From Paraspadella gotoi (lineage: Eukaryota; Animalia; Chaetognatha), in NCBI GenBank assembly GCA_051294375.1, contig CM119267.1:25497293-25561292 (forward strand): a stretch of DNA of 64,000 nucleotides, in the 5' to 3' direction. Under the pieces are notes generated by a model, which saw nothing but the letters and a program-made list of their open reading frames with translations, was not told the origin of the DNA and did no database searches. This document shows, in pieces, positions 1 to 13,862 of the stretch (position 1 is its first letter; every line of letters starts with the position of its first letter). The position numbers and the translations under genes are program-made.

Positions 1-1809
1 CTTTTGCTTGATTTTGCAGGTATGTTTTCTTCTTCTCTTATCTTTCTTTAATTTGTATTCTCGAGGACTGGAAATAGTCTATATGTCTTTATTATACATT
101 GTATAATATACATTATACAAGATAAGGAAATGAAAGAAAAGGTCATGTAGAGAAAGGGGAGAATCTCAGACTGAATGTTCATAGGATCAAGAGGATAATG
201 GCTTTTATTACTACATACTTAATGAGAATTATACCTATTATATCTATAAATTATATTGATATTTGCGTTCGATTCGCACAAAAATCTTTTCCCGCATTTC
301 TCTCCTTTTTTCTCCTCCGATCTTCACACGTTTCTTTTCTTTTCTCTTCTTCTTTTTTAGGGTCGAGTCGAAGTCCACGTGGGCAAAGAAGACATGGTGT
401 TCGAGACTGGTCCCTTTTCCTTCTTCGGTGTTCAGGCTTTAACTTCTTTAAATTCCTCTCACTCCTTCCTCTCTTCTTCGCGTTCTTCCCTTAACAACCC
501 AGTCTCGCCCTCTGCGGCCGACGGCGGTCTCGGCGGGGTTCCCTCGGCTCCGCCCGTGGATCGCGAGGCGTCGGCGATGTCCGGCGCCGGAGGCAGCGGG
601 ACTTTTCAACGCGCAGGATCAGGCAAACCGCCGGTCTACGTCCCTGACTTTTCCGGTAAATGTAAACAAATTCTTTGAAATACGAATTGAAAAAAAGATG
701 ACTGACATTCGTCGTTTATAGTGCGAACGACCACCGACACTCAAATCCTCAAGATCCGCCGCTCTCATTATCTGGCGGCGCGGCGAGCGGTCTTACTGGA
801 GCGCCAGCCACGCGTGGCGAGATCTTCCGGCGCCACGACCCCCGGCGATGGCGGCGTCGATGACGCCTTCAACAAAGAGTGGACCAAAACTTTGAACCAT
901 CTAAATAGAGGATCTGATTTGAGGACAGGCAGTTTCAGGTCAAAACTCAAACGGCTTTTTAAGTCGTTGATAATAGATTATCAAAGTTTTCAATGAAGAT
1001 GTGGACGAACAAAGACTTCTTTATTTTCCAGAGATGATTGGCTCGCCCGCGATCGCCGCTCGACCGCCTCGTCGACGGCAAAGGAGCCAGAAACCAGCAG
1101 CGAGACGCTCCCGAGTCCGCAAATGTACAGTCAACGGTTGTCTGACTTTTTTTCGGGCGGAGCTGACAACGCCATCGCCGCCGGCGCCGTCGGAACGAAG
1201 CGAAGTGGCGGAGAGAAGCGGCGGGAAATAGGTAACGAATTTGATCTAAAAAACGGAACCGTATTTCGATTTTTATTTGTTTTACAGGTAATTCTATCCC
1301 TCCAGCGTCGGATGGAGACGCGTCGACCTTGAGCCGCAGCTTTGGCGGCGGCGGCGGAATGATCGCTGCCAATAGACCTGATTTTCGTCTAAGTCCTGAA
1401 TCCTTACCTCCGTCCATTTCGGGTGAGGACTAATTTTAGATTTCTTTTTTAATATTTATTTACACTTATCATCTTAAATCTTTCCTTTTTATTTCGGCTC
1501 GATATTAAAGCTCTGGCCAGTCCCCTCTCGCCCTACGATGAAGGACGCCTTCCATCTCCCGACTCCAGCGCCACCGCTCCGCCAGTTCCTTCGCCGCCTC
1601 CGCCCTCCTACGCCTCCCTGGCCCCGACCGAACCGCCTCCGCCGCGTTCGGAGGCTGCCGCTCTGCATTCTGGCCCGGCAGCTCCGTGTTCCGAGGCTGC
1701 GGCAGCACCAGGCGGTGATTTTTCGAACGCGCCGGAAGTAGACTTGGCCGACGTCGCTGTCGTCGACGTTCGGAGCGAGAAGAAAGCTTTTTTGGCGCGT
1801 GACAGTTAA
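1..1809 (+). CDS. CNNM: CNNM-family metal transporter, 3' part (CNBH domain plus low-complexity tail); gene starts upstream of the window
   Basis: Exons 1-19, 361-655, 722-938, 1032-1231, 1288-1422, 1511-1809 join through GT-AG introns in frame. Translation [33 protein letters not shown]...YVPDFSVRTTTDTQILKIRRSHY resembles the CNNM CNBH domain (ILQGKVEVEAGKEGMKFE...YIPDYSVRA). The later exons are less certain. Confidence 0.85.
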
Positions 1810-2535
1810 TGGGGAAAGAGCGGAATATGTCGGAAAGACTCCTTTTCGTTACTCGTCCTGTTCCGTGCCACAATCTCTCCCCTTACCAAACTGGCAAAAC
1901 CCACGATTTTGGCTAAGCCCTTTTCTTCCCTTTCTTTCCCCGCCCCTTTTTAAAAAAATAAGACTCCTATAATTTTAAGATTTTAATGGAAAAAAAAGAG
2001 AATTATTTAAAATTTGTCCGTGGCAGGGGATTGGAAGGGAAGTGGGAGAGAAAATGCTTGTGAGTGGCATGTCTCCTTGTCTTCTTTGGTTACGGGGAAA
2101 AGCAAAAATAATCCGATCCGAAACAAACTGAACTAAAAGAAACTGTTCTTCTTCCCTTCACGCAATAGTTTTTCTCCCCGAGTTCCTTTGGCAACTTAAT
2201 AATAATCGACACAATTAACAGTTTTTAATCTGTGGCTTTTTTCGTCGCCGCTTTGTTATTGTTGTTTAATTAATGTTGTTTTTCGCCTCAGCGGAGGCTC
2301 GTTTCGCCTCGCGGTTGAACCGATGGAGCGCAATGCAATCAATGCATATTATTATTAAATCTTATGGATAATTTTTTTCGTAATTAAATCTTATGGATAA
2401 TTTTTTTCTTAAATAAAGTTAGGAAAGCATTTTTAAAGGTTTAATTTTATTACTACCCCTAGTTTTGGATTCTCTGTTGGCCCTGTGCGATCCTACTCTG
2501 CGCCAAATTATTATTATACATATATATATATATAT

Positions 2536-3146
2536 TAAGTGCGTTAGTAAAATTTCTAATTTAACTTTAATTAAAATTCTAAAAGTGAGGAATAAACAAC
2601 ATTATACTAATGAACATTTATGTAATAAAAAAATTTATAATAAATTTTTCAATTTATCCAGTAGGTCCATATTTATACTAAGTATTAAACCAATAAATGT
2701 TAAAATTTCAAAACAGTTTTTTCTAAGTTATTTTTGCAGATTTGGATTTGTCATAAAAAGTTGATAAAAAGAAATATAACTCTTTTTGAAAAATTCCTTC
2801 ATTAAGTGGGTCAAAAATTAGAAAAAGCTATATTTTAAACTGAAAATTAACTTTTTATATATTAAATATAGTTTTTTTTAATTTTTACCCCACTTAATGA
2901 AAGAATTTTTTAAAAATGATTATATATTTTCTTTTATCAACTTTTGACGAGGAATTCAAATCTGCAATCAAAATTAAGAAAAGCCTATTTTGAAATTTTT
3001 CGATTTTATAACGATAGTATTTATATAAATATACTCTACTGCGAAAATTAAAAAACATAAAATTAATTTTTTTTATAAATTAATCGTTCAACTGATGGTA
3101 TGTTGTTCATAATTGACTTTTAGAATTTCACTTTCACTACGCCTTA
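2536..3146. mobile_element. MITE family A copy 1 (about 600 bp, fold-back, 8-bp TSD, hAT-like)
   Basis: Degenerate TIR TAAGTGCGTTAGT...ACTACGCCTTA flanked by ATATATAT on both sides; near-identical to 13255-13862 and 50037-50639; the body is an imperfect palindrome. Confidence 0.85.
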
Positions 3147-3621
3147 ATATATATATCTCCTCGTCAATTTTATCCACTCTTGAAAAATGAGGGTCGGTGC
3201 AATGAGTCTTTACTTTTATTCGATTCTCTGAGATCTCGTTAATTATTATTTGTATCACTGCTTACCAAAGAAATCCGATTAGCATATTTCTATTTTAAAG
3301 CCATTCGACGCTCATATAAGAAAAGTCATATTTATTATTTAATATTTATTGAATAATGTCTATGCTCGTAACTCGTAAGTTAAAAAAAGTGCAAAGCCTA
3401 AAGAATCAGTAATACTTATTATCAGGCAATATAATACTGAAGTCTCAAATCATTTGATAATCGCAGTACCTTATTTACTACTTTAACTAAAATTAAACAA
3501 TGTACTTATAGTAATTTCGAAGTATCAAGAGCATAACATTCTTAATCAGTTTAATCACAAATATAAAAGAAATACACTTAGCAAAGCTCAATTCTGTTCA
3601 CTTCTCATTTTTCGTTTTGAT

Positions 3622-3623
<2 letters not shown>

Positions 3624-3689
<66 letters not shown>
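3624..3689. repeat. Long poly(T) run
   Basis: About 66 consecutive T. Confidence 0.9.
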
Positions 3690-3692
<3 letters not shown>

Positions 3693-3986
3693 TTTAATTC
3701 CTTCGTCTGGGGTTTTATGTTATGGTGTTTATAATTTAATAAAATAGTATTAAGCTGCTTTTTGGCTGTAGTTTTAGCGTACTAAACTATAATGAAAATC
3801 GAAATAATGGTTTTTCTCTCAAATTTGGCTTTTCTCATCGCAATGTTCGCAGGTCTTTTTGTTCCAGTGACACAATGTCAGTTTTATCAGCCTTCGATTT
3901 TCAATTAACATTGACAATTTGTCATACAAAAGAAACGAAGTTGTGGTTAATAGACAACGAGAAATTAATTATTAAGAGAAAAATCA

Positions 3987-5825
3987 ATGGAATATCTTCC
4001 CGATGTAATCCTTAGCGCCATCTTTTCCCTGTTGACTCCAGATGGACTCGTGGCCGTCGCACACGCCAGTCGTCGCCTGGCGCGAATCGCCGACGACGAA
4101 TTTTTGTGGCAGGCGAGTCATGGCGAGTTTAATGTCCATTAGACAACCGACCAGCGACGAATTATATAAAAGCAATGAAGGTCCACTTCTTTCTCCTTTC
4201 TTTATTTCTGCAGTCGGCCATCTTTTCCACCTTTGGCATCCCTCGTCGTCTCTACCCCGACTCAGACCCCAAGACCTTCTACGTCTCCGTCCTCTGCGGT
4301 CGCGTCTCCTGGTTGGGCGCGTGGATGATGCGATTCGGCCAAGGATTTTGGGGAGTCGATGCCGACGCATTTGGCGGGATGCTCCGCGTCGTTCTCCGCG
4401 AAGGGGAGATGTTTGGCCTCGAGACTTTAGCGCCGCCATTCGGGACGAGGATCCTGGAATCCGTCGTAGAGACTCCCGTCTTTAAAGTGAATGTCCGGGG
4501 AGAGATCGAGTGCTTGAGACCTTTGAGAAAAAGAGAGGAAGAAGACAGAGCTGAAATTGGAGGTCACGGGATAAAAGTCCAAGAACGCCCCGTCTCTAAA
4601 AAAGAGAAAGAAGAGGAAATGATAAATAAGGCCGACCGAGTGGTAGATGAAGCTGAAAACGACGACGTTCATGTGGTCCTGTATTGCGAATGTCTTCGCC
4701 CACAATCTCATCGGAGACGCGACGATTACAGGTTTTTTGAGGTCGAATGATGAGAAGAAAAAAAAGTCGCTATTGACCCAAGTTTTAATCGCGGAAATTC
4801 ACGTCCTGCCGGGAAAAAGTGAAAGATATAGAGAAATTATGTGTACTTTTAATGTCTAATTACGAGAAACGTCAATGAAGAGGATGGCACGACGAGTCGC
4901 CGTGACCTTCGCTACTTCAGAGGATACGAAAAGGGATTTCAATTCCATTTTTGGGCCAAATCTTTTCGATGGCCTCTCGTTCACGATTCGACTTTCGTCG
5001 GGCCTCTTCGTTCCGGCCTTTACAAAGGTTCGACTGCTTCCTTACCAAATACTTTGGGGCGGGTGAGGACACTCTTTAATTCTCTCCTTAACCTCAGGCA
5101 CTTACGGTCGTTACGGAGTTGAGTTGGTTCAGGTCAGAGTAGATCCGGCGTCGGCGACTGCGATCGGCGTCAAAGTCACCGGCGATCCCAACGTCCCTGC
5201 CGGAAAGTTAAGCTTTAACGCTAATCTCGCCGAAGCCGTTTATCTGACGCTAGAAGATCAGGTCTGTGTGTTTATCCTATCGTTGCCATTTAACAGTTAT
5301 CGAAGGGATAATCACACCGGAGCGCCTTGTATGTGTTTTGTACATTCGTCTCGAGCAACCGACCAACCATGAAGAATTTTCTCACCTTTTTTCTCCTCTG
5401 ACTTTTTCATTCAGTCTTTCTTACCGTCGCTGCAAAGGGTGAAGCCCATGACTTACCCGGCGCCGCTCACCCAACCCTTCGTCCTTCCCCGCTACTTGGA
5501 GCTCGACGCCCCAAACTTCCAGTTTCCCTCGATCTGCGCGGGAAGATTTTTGGCGAGGGTTCAGGTAGATTTCAAGTCCGTGCTAGAGGAAAAGGCTCAT
5601 TTTGTCAATCTTTTCTTTTGTTTTGACGACTTATAATTGGCCTTAGCCCTTGTTATTCTTTTTCATTCAATTGTCATATTTTGACTCTTCTAGGTCGCGA
5701 AAATGAAGTTCACTTTCTCTCGGTTTCTCCCTGCGCATTTGGTTGTCTTTGATGATGATAATTTTTGCGTCGTCGTTTTTCGCCTCAACAAATTAATGCT
5801 CTTTCATCGAATCGGAAATCTATGA
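3987..5825 (+). CDS. FBXO31: F-box protein, FBXO31-like
   Basis: Exons approx. 3987-4112, 4214-4730, 4867-5027, 5098-5262, 5415-5564, 5694-5825. N-terminal F-box MEYLPDVILSAIFSLL..DEFLWQ; GLYKGTYGRYGVELV..GVKVTGDPNVPAG and QPFVLP match FBXO31 motifs. Intron 1 has a GC donor; intron 2 boundaries are less certain. Confidence 0.8.
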
Positions 5826-6035
5826 TCTCGCTATTTTAGATTTTTTTTTACATATTTTTTTGTTTAAATATGAATTATGCGTTATGTAAAGTTAAAATTT
5901 ATGATTAAAGTTTTACCTTTTGCAATGATTTTTGTTTCACTATTTAATTATGAATATACCGTTTTGATCATCGCCATAAAAGTTAAATAGAATTTCGCTC
6001 AAGAGTTTAGACTCGTGTTTTCTTCTCTTCTTCCA

Positions 6036-7528
6036 ATGATTCTTCCTCTACTTCGCTGCCGCTTTCGACTTACCCCCCGCCGCCTTTTTCTCTTCTTCCT
6101 CACCCTTCCTCTCCTCTTCATCCTCCGCGAACTCTTCCTCCTCTTTCGCCTCGCTTCTTGTTCTCTTCGCGACGCCGAATCCGACTTCCGGTCGCTCTGC
6201 CTCGATTTTGCTGATCGAGCTATCGACGGTTCCGCCTGTCGTCGCCTCTGCGGCGCCAAGACTCTTTCTCCTTCGCGGTGCCTCAGTTTTCGTCAAGGCA
6301 AGCGGGTGTGGGAACTCTACGACGCTGATGACGAAGACCACTCCCCGTTGATTTTCAAGCGCAGTCGATCCCCGCCAGATCCGCTGCCCAATGAGTTTTT
6401 CCTTCGTCCGGCGCCGACTAAGCGACTGAAGGCGCTTATCGCGGAGTCGGCCGCATCACGGACGGCACCGTCGGTTCCCATCGACGCCGATGATCCGGCG
6501 CTGCTTAGGAAGTTGTTTGGAGACTCGAGTTTCATCGAGAGCTTTAAAGCCGACGATAAAAACATCGCCGCCCGTTTTAACGTCCTCTGGCGCCTGATTC
6601 AACAGGACGAGTTCGTCCTCTCCTCTATCTTGGCGCCGCGGACCGACGCCGTTTTAGGAATCGCTGGATTTTGCGGCGCTTTTTACGCCGTCCCTCGTGT
6701 AAACGTGGTTTCCAACGCGGCTCACCTGGGCGCCGCCGCCGCAAGGCTCAACGCATTCCGGGCGCTGTTGGTCGCGTTGGAGGCTTTCGAGTCGGAGTTT
6801 CTCGAAACTTTAAACATCTGTGACATGAAGATGACAAACTTTGGATTTTACGTTGACGAGGTCGTCGGGAGAAAATCGTTGAAAAAGGTGGACATATGAT
6901 TAATGATTATTTTCTACCTCATTACGACGTAAAATGTTGATGCAGTCATATTACTTCTCCATATTTTGCCTTTTTTTCAATTTTGGATCACAACGATTCT
7001 CAGGTACCAAACTCGTTGACGGACCCTCATCTTAAAGCGGCGCTCATAGATTTGGACGCTGCACCGTTCGACACTCAATTAGCGTCTATTTTTCGTCCCT
7101 CGGCGTCGGCAGAGATCGCCGATTATTTCCCGAAGGCAAAATCTGGCGCCTCCATCGCTCCGAGCAAGAACGAGACGCAGCGCTTGACCTTCGAATTCGG
7201 CTGCGCCACTGATGCGGACTGCGTCTTTTTCGACTGCCGCAGCCGCTGCGGCGACGACGGAGTTTGCAGCACTGTGAGGATCGGCAACAACGCCCGATCC
7301 ATGTGCGAGAAGATGCTTCGCCCGGCCACAGGTTGGCGAAGTTGGCTGGGATGGTCGACGCCCCTCGTGGACGAGACCGTCGTTAACGAGGTCTCAATGG
7401 AGGTGTATCGCGCCGTCCTGCGCGACTGCCTCTCCGACACTCATTGGGAAATTTGCGAGCGCGTGTCCTCGAAGAAGGAATGCGTGCTTAGCATCCTGAG
7501 GAGATTTCGTCGGGTTTTTGACGGATAA
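6036..7528 (+). CDS. DIPK1: Divergent protein kinase domain 1 (FAM69/DIPK1 family)
   Basis: Exons 6036-6887 and 7004-7528. N-terminal TM segment, CDMKMTNFG, IDLD, Cys cluster CATDADCVFFDCRSRC and NNARSMCEKML, all typical of FAM69. Confidence 0.8.
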
Positions 7529-8093
7529 ATGGAGAATTTCATTTCGGGTTTTTCGTGATTGGCCGGTCGAAAGTCGGGCGTCGAGTTTATGGGTGCGGCC
7601 TTCAAGGTGACGACCTTCGAGTTGTTTGCCTAACTTTCTAGAATGTTTATTTGAAATCGTATCGTTGTAGTAGTTACAACCGGTTATAAAAAATAGCACC
7701 CAGCAGCTTAGCCCTGTCAACTCGTGAGGTGTCGTGTGCCAACGAATGCGACACAAGAAGCATAAAAAATGGTCAAACATTTTCTACACCAACCTTTTTG
7801 ATATGTTCACTGTTCAGTGTTAAGAGAATTTTTGACAAATTCCAAAATGACCTTTGTAGAATGGGTGATGATGGCAAGACTCCAGCCGTTTGCCCACATA
7901 ACTACAAACAAAGAACGCACTTAAAATTTAATTAATTAATTAAATAAATAAAGATCGATCACTGAAGGCAATTATCTCTTTTCAAATTTAAACAAATAGT
8001 AATATATTCTCTCCAGATAAAAAAATGTTTAAAATTTATTTAAAAATTTTAAAACATGAACGCAATTTGCATCGAAGAGAATAAACCTTCCAA

Positions 8094-11000
8094 ATGCTTT
8101 TGGTCAAAGGGAGCGCCCTTCGCTGCTCGTGTTTCTTCACGGAAAACTTTTTCAGTCGACGCCTCCGGGGACATTTTCGCTTCGTCGATAAAGCCTCTTT
8201 TCTTCGGGACTATGACCAAATCTTACGCGCCGCCGGAGTCGACTTTGGCGACGGTGCCGGAACCGGTCCTCGCTTGAATGATGTCCTTGAGGAGATGGAG
8301 ACGGAACGTCGACGCCGTCAAGACGCCGGCGCCGAGATCGCGGCGCGTAAGGCGAAGATTGCCCGGCGCTATCGCCTCGCCCGACCCGAGATCTTTGCGC
8401 TCGACACAGAAGCTCATTTGGCGCCGGATTTTAGAAGGATCGCTGCGATTTGCGTCGAAGGCGACACGGCGGCGAAGGCTAATACGTCGACACCTTTTAT
8501 TCGCAGCGAAGAGGCCGATTTTGTTTTTTCATTCCCCGTCTTCTCCACCGAGTTTTGCCGACTCTTGATCGAGGAGATTAACCTCTTCGAGGCGTCGAAC
8601 CTTCCCAAAGGCCGGCCCAACACCATGAACCGTCACGGAATCCTCCTCGACGAACTGCTCGACTTCGAAACTGGTTTTGTTGATCCCTTAAGGAGGGATT
8701 TCGTGCAACCGATCGCCGAGGCGTTGATGCCTGGTAAGAGTTGAAATATAAGTCAAAGGTTTTTACAGCTAATGATATTAGAATGATTACAAGGCTTTGC
8801 CGGAGTGACCCTGGATTCACAAAAGGCTTTCATCGTGAAATACGACGAAGCGGAAGACGTTGACCTCTCTTATCACTACGACAACGCGGAGGTGACACTC
8901 AACGTTTGTCTCGGAACGGATTTCGATGATGGCCAATTGTATTTCGGAGACGTGAAAACATTTGACGATGATGATGCCAAGTCGGGGACGGTGAGTAGAC
9001 TGACTCACTGAGGATAAGAATATTTCTAACAGAGGGATATCTCTGTTGTAAAGATGGTTACCCTGAATATACATGACATCGGTTAATATAGGTTTAGTGG
9101 ATATTTAATCAGTGACTAAATAGTTTGAAGGCTACTTGACTGGCTTCTTGGTAAGACTAATGAACTAGAGAGTTAGGCTTGCAATGTATTCAAGTATAGA
9201 CCTATGAAAAGATAACAATTACATGTTATTATCTTAATGGATGCTAAACCTAAGTGTTGTGCTAGCAAGGGCATAGTGGTTCAAAACCGACCCTTGTAAC
9301 CCTAGCTGACTAAGGAATAATTCTCTGAGAATATATTTCTTTCACTAAACATAGAAAAGTCAGCTGGAATCACAAGAATAATTAAAGTAGTAAACTAGCA
9401 ATCATGATAATTAAATCATTAATTATTTAGCTATTAATTGAACCACAAATAAACATGATCATTTACTAATGTAAAATAATAATATTAAACCTTTGAATAA
9501 AAATTTATCTAAGCTTAATCAGAATACGACAATATGCAAATGAGATTGAGGAACTCGATCTCATTTCAGACAATTCAAAAATTAATCTGCTACAGACCGT
9601 CACAACCACGGGAAATTAAAACGTCCTCGTTTTATAAAGTTCTTGAGAAAACGGAGCACCAGTCCAAACACAATGGATGAAAATTCCTTTATTGTAAGAG
9701 AGAAATGATGAGTGGTTGGCGATAAGATGACCACAAATTGTAGATGAGAAATTAACGATTGATGAAAGGTTGAGGATAAGGAAAATTTGGTGATGAAGAG
9801 ATCACAAATTGAAGATAGGTAAAAAGAAAATTGGAGATTAAATGATCGCAGAAATTAGAAACCAATTGTAGAAAATAGATTAGATGATAACGAATGTTTC
9901 TTTTTTACAAATTTAATATAAATTAGAAAACACTTACCAATGGTACCGATCAAAGGCAGGCAAGGCTTGATATCGAAGAGCTGTCCAACAGCACATCTTG
10001 CGTCAAAGCTAGCAGAAAGGGCAGCGACGAGAACATAAACTTGAAACATGGTATATACACAAGAAGTTTTTTTTTTTTTGGAAGAACAAATTTCATTGTA
10101 ATAAAAGTTTGGTGGTGTCGCAAAAAACACTAGTGGTGACTTTTCCGTGGGCGCGGCACTGGTGTGTAGTTATTTAATCCGTAGTTTAATGCGTAGTTTA
10201 ATCCGTAGTTTAATCCTTAGTTATTTAATCCAATTATCCACAAGCCCGGTTTGTGGGTAGATTTACACAGGAGTCTTTTTCCTAGGGCGCGTTTTTATTT
10301 TAGATTGAACCTGAAAGAAATGAATTAAACAATCATTAATACACAAGCACTAATAGTATCCACTACTAGTTTCAAATAGTAATTTTTTAAAGCACAGTAA
10401 AATCAATGTACATTACAAAATTAAATACACATGTTCAAATTAAAATGTAAGCCAAAGTATTAATGAAATCCACTTGAGAGTTGAGGAGAGTCCACTAGGA
10501 ATTATGAAGCTGTGGTCTGTAGTCACTTGAGACCCTTATATTAATCTACCATTAACCTTAACCAAGTCTTACCAGACTTAACCTTAACCAAGTCTTACCA
10601 GACTTAACCTTAACCAAGTCTTACCAATAAAAAAGGTCGTCACCTACTTTTTTATTACATTCATGAAGTCGCAAATCGAAGAAGCACTTAAAAGGTTTTT
10701 TTTTAACGAGTTTATCATGACGGCCTCACACAGATAATTACGTCCGCGTAATTGTTTTTGATTCGCAAGTATGCGTTTTGAAATTTTTTTTTTACAGCAC
10801 AATTGTTTTTTTTTTATCACCAGAGAGTGGATGAGAAAAAAAAGCGTAAGGTAGAGAAGAAATAAGAATAGAAAAGCATATATAATAGAAGGAAAAAAAT
10901 TAAGGAAAGAGGGCTTGCGAATCAAAAACAATTAAGCGTACGTAATTATCTGTCTGAGGTCATGATAAACTCGTTAAAAAAAACTTAAGTGCTTCTTAAT

Positions 11001-11330
11001 ATGCAAATGAGATTGAGGAACTCAATATCATTTCAGAGAATTCACAAATTAATTTGCTACATATTTTATCTTTCGACTTCTCTCACTCCCTCTCGCTTTT
11101 TACAGACGCAGACGCCACGCTACGTCTCCGTCCCCCACGCAGTTGGGCGCGGAGTTCTTCACCGCGGGCTGCATCGTCACGGAGCTCTGCCCATCTCGCG
11201 CGGGCAAAGATACAACCTCATCTTGTGGTTCCGCGCTTCGTCCGTTCGAAATCGACGTTGCCCGATGTGCGGGCGGAAACCCGATTTGGTCGATGTGGAG
11301 GACGGGCACGACGGGTTCTGCCGAGTTTGA
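8094..11330 (+). CDS. OGFOD2: 2-oxoglutarate/Fe-dependent oxygenase domain-containing protein 2
   Basis: Exons 8094-8733, 8794-8990, 11106-11330. Motifs CSCFFTEN, KGRPNTMNRHG, HYDNAEVTLNV (HxD), HRGLHRHGALPI..RYNLILW and C-terminal CPMC. Confidence 0.92.
10551..10627. repeat. Tandem repeat, about 26-bp unit x3
   Basis: TTAACCTTAACCAAGTCTTACCAGAC repeated inside the OGFOD2 intron. Confidence 0.85.
10681..10995. mobile_element. Small fold-back element/MITE in the OGFOD2 intron
   Basis: GAAGCACTTAA..TTAACGAGTTTATCATGAC..CAGATAATTACGT is mirrored by ACGTAATTATCTG..GTCATGATAAACTCGTTAA..TTAAGTGCTTC. Confidence 0.65.
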
Positions 11331-11588
11331 AACCTTTTTTTAGGAATTCTTTCACGATTCATCCTTCTTTTTATTGATTACGCGCTTACTGTGATAATTC
11401 TGACAAGTTTAAATATTTTCGTGCCCTCTTGTCTTATATTTAATTATTTTTTAAGAGGTTTACTATGAAATATTTGAGTTAACTAGCATCGCCACAAAAA
11501 ACAAACCGTTTCGGCCGCTCGTTGCGTTCGAGGGCGTCCCTTGGCGCCTTTATTATTCTCTCTCTCTCCACTCATCTCGTCGGTCTTG

Positions 11589-11918
11589 ATGGCGTCGGCG
11601 GCGTTTCGGAACGCGTTCCAATACGTGAAGAGTCCCGAGTTTCGCTCCTACCTTTGCTCCACTCACTTTTGGGGCCCAGTGGCCAACTGGGGTCTCCCAC
11701 TCGCCGCCATCGCCGACTTCCAAAAAGACCCCAAGTACATCTCGGGCAAGATGACGACGGCTTTGGCCTTTTATTCTCTCCTCTTTATGCGGTTCGCCTG
11801 GATGGTGCAACCCCGAAACTATCTCTTACTACTTTGCCACACGACTAACGAGGGTGCGCAGATGATTCAGGGATATCGCCTAGTTTCGCACGAACTCAGT
11901 GGTCAAAGGGAAAAGTGA
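11589..11918 (+). CDS. MPC1: Mitochondrial pyruvate carrier 1 (intronless)
   Basis: [60 protein letters not shown] is diagnostic of MPC1. Confidence 0.96.
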   Translation: MASAAFRNAFQYVKSPEFRSYLCSTHFWGPVANWGLPLAAIADFQKDPKYISGKMTTALAFYSLLFMRFAWMVQPRNYLLLLCHTTNEGAQMIQGYRLVSHELSGQREK

Positions 11919-13254
11919 AGAATCAAATAATCTTACTCATTTGACGTTAAATACTCTCGTCGTTTGTTATGGTTAAGATTCTTTCAACTATCGTTAAAAT
12001 TACTATCTATATTCGTTACTTTTTTATTTTTTTTTTACTCTATACTCAATTCGGCTTAGGATCTCTCGCACTCTAGTCATTCTTGTGGAGAACAGTTAAA
12101 CTCGCTACGAGAATAAGATAATTTTACGTATTTGTAGGGTCCGGATTCAAAACTTAGAAAATCCGTATCACTTCATCTTTTTTTTAATTTGTGGCGCAGC
12201 GAGTGCTTAAAATGAAAAAAAAAATTAATTGCAAATACTTAACCAAAAAACACTCCTGCCGCAGCACCCAAAAGAATCACAGATGCTCTTCATAAACGTG
12301 TCTGAAAGATTGAGCCATAGCTCTTACCCAGGGTCATCGATATTTTGGTTAAAACTCATATGGGTTTCCCCCTTTATATCGCCCTACTTCGTACAGTTAA
12401 GGGGAGTTAGATGTTCATATAATGAAGCTAAATGTTGCTGCAGCTGAAATCTTTAATTTTTTTAGCTGTATACAACAATGCCCTTAGTTACAGCCATGTA
12501 TAATATGGTGGAGTGTTGAAAAGATTGAGCGATTGAACATTATTTTTTTACTGCCTATGGACATATAATTAACGAATTTTAAATCCTTGAAAATTTTTAT
12601 TTAGCATAACATAAAATTTTTTTAAGAAGATATTTGGATTCGTCATAAAAAACTAAGAAACTTTTATAAAATATGTTATATGATATTTTAATGTTTAGAC
12701 CGCAAAAAATGATTAAAACGTTTTAACATATATAAGTTTTTACTATACAGAATAAAAGTCATAAATTTTTACTTTTTTTCCCAGTTTTAAATGCTGAAGA
12801 TGACAGAATTTTTGATAACATGTTTATATTATTGAATCAACTTTTTATAAAGAATCTTATATAAGTATCATGAAAGAGCCTAAGAAAAAAGGATTTAAGA
12901 TAGCCAATCACAATTTGATAAAAATTATAAATTTACTCTCCAGCTATTGATTTTTAAAAATATGTTTCGTTTTTGAGTATCCTAATTAAATTAAAGCTGA
13001 GCCAGTTAAATTTTATACTACAGTATTCGTAAGTACTTCATTCTTTTTAGATTTGAAAGGGCTTTCAGAAAATAATAATATTAATATTATTTTATTTCAA
13101 ATTTCTTCAAAAAACTTACTGAAAGTAAGAGAAAAAAATTAAATCTAAAAAAAATGAGTTTAAAATAAATTAGAGACGTTGTTCAAATCCATCTTCCTGC
13201 TATCATTGCTGAGGCATATCAAAGTCAATTCTGATAAAATTTGCATATATAAAA

Positions 13255-13862
13255 TAAGGCGTAGTAAAATTTCTAAATTTAACTTTAATTAAAATTCTAA
13301 AAGTGAGGAATAACAACATTATACTAATGAACATTTATGTATAAAAAAAATTTATAATAAATTTTCAATTTACGCAGTAGGCCATATTTATACTAGTACT
13401 AAACCAATAAATGTTAAAATTTCAAAACAGTTTTTTTCTAAGTTATTTTTGCAGATTTGGATTTGTCATAAAAAGTTGATAAAAAGAAATATAACTCTTT
13501 TTGAAAAATTCCTTCATTAAGTGGGTCAAAAATTAGAAAAAGCTATATTTTAAACTGAAAATTAATTTTTTATATATTAATATAGTTTTTTTAATTTTTA
13601 CCCCACTTAATGAAAGAATTTTTAAAAATGATTTATATTTTCTTTTATCAACTTTTGACGAGGAATTCAAATCTGCAATCAAAATTAAGAAAAGCTATTT
13701 TGAAATTTTTCGATTTTATAAAGAAGTATTATATATAAAATATAGCCTACTGCGAAAATTAAAAAACATAAAATTAATTTTTTTATAAATTAATGTTCAC
13801 TGATGGTATGTTTTTCATAATTTGGATTTAGAATTTTCGTATGTAACTTTCACTACGCCTTA
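13255..13862. mobile_element. MITE family A copy 2
   Basis: TIR TAAGGCGTAGT...ACTACGCCTTA; body matches the other two copies; TSD is degenerate here. Confidence 0.85.
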
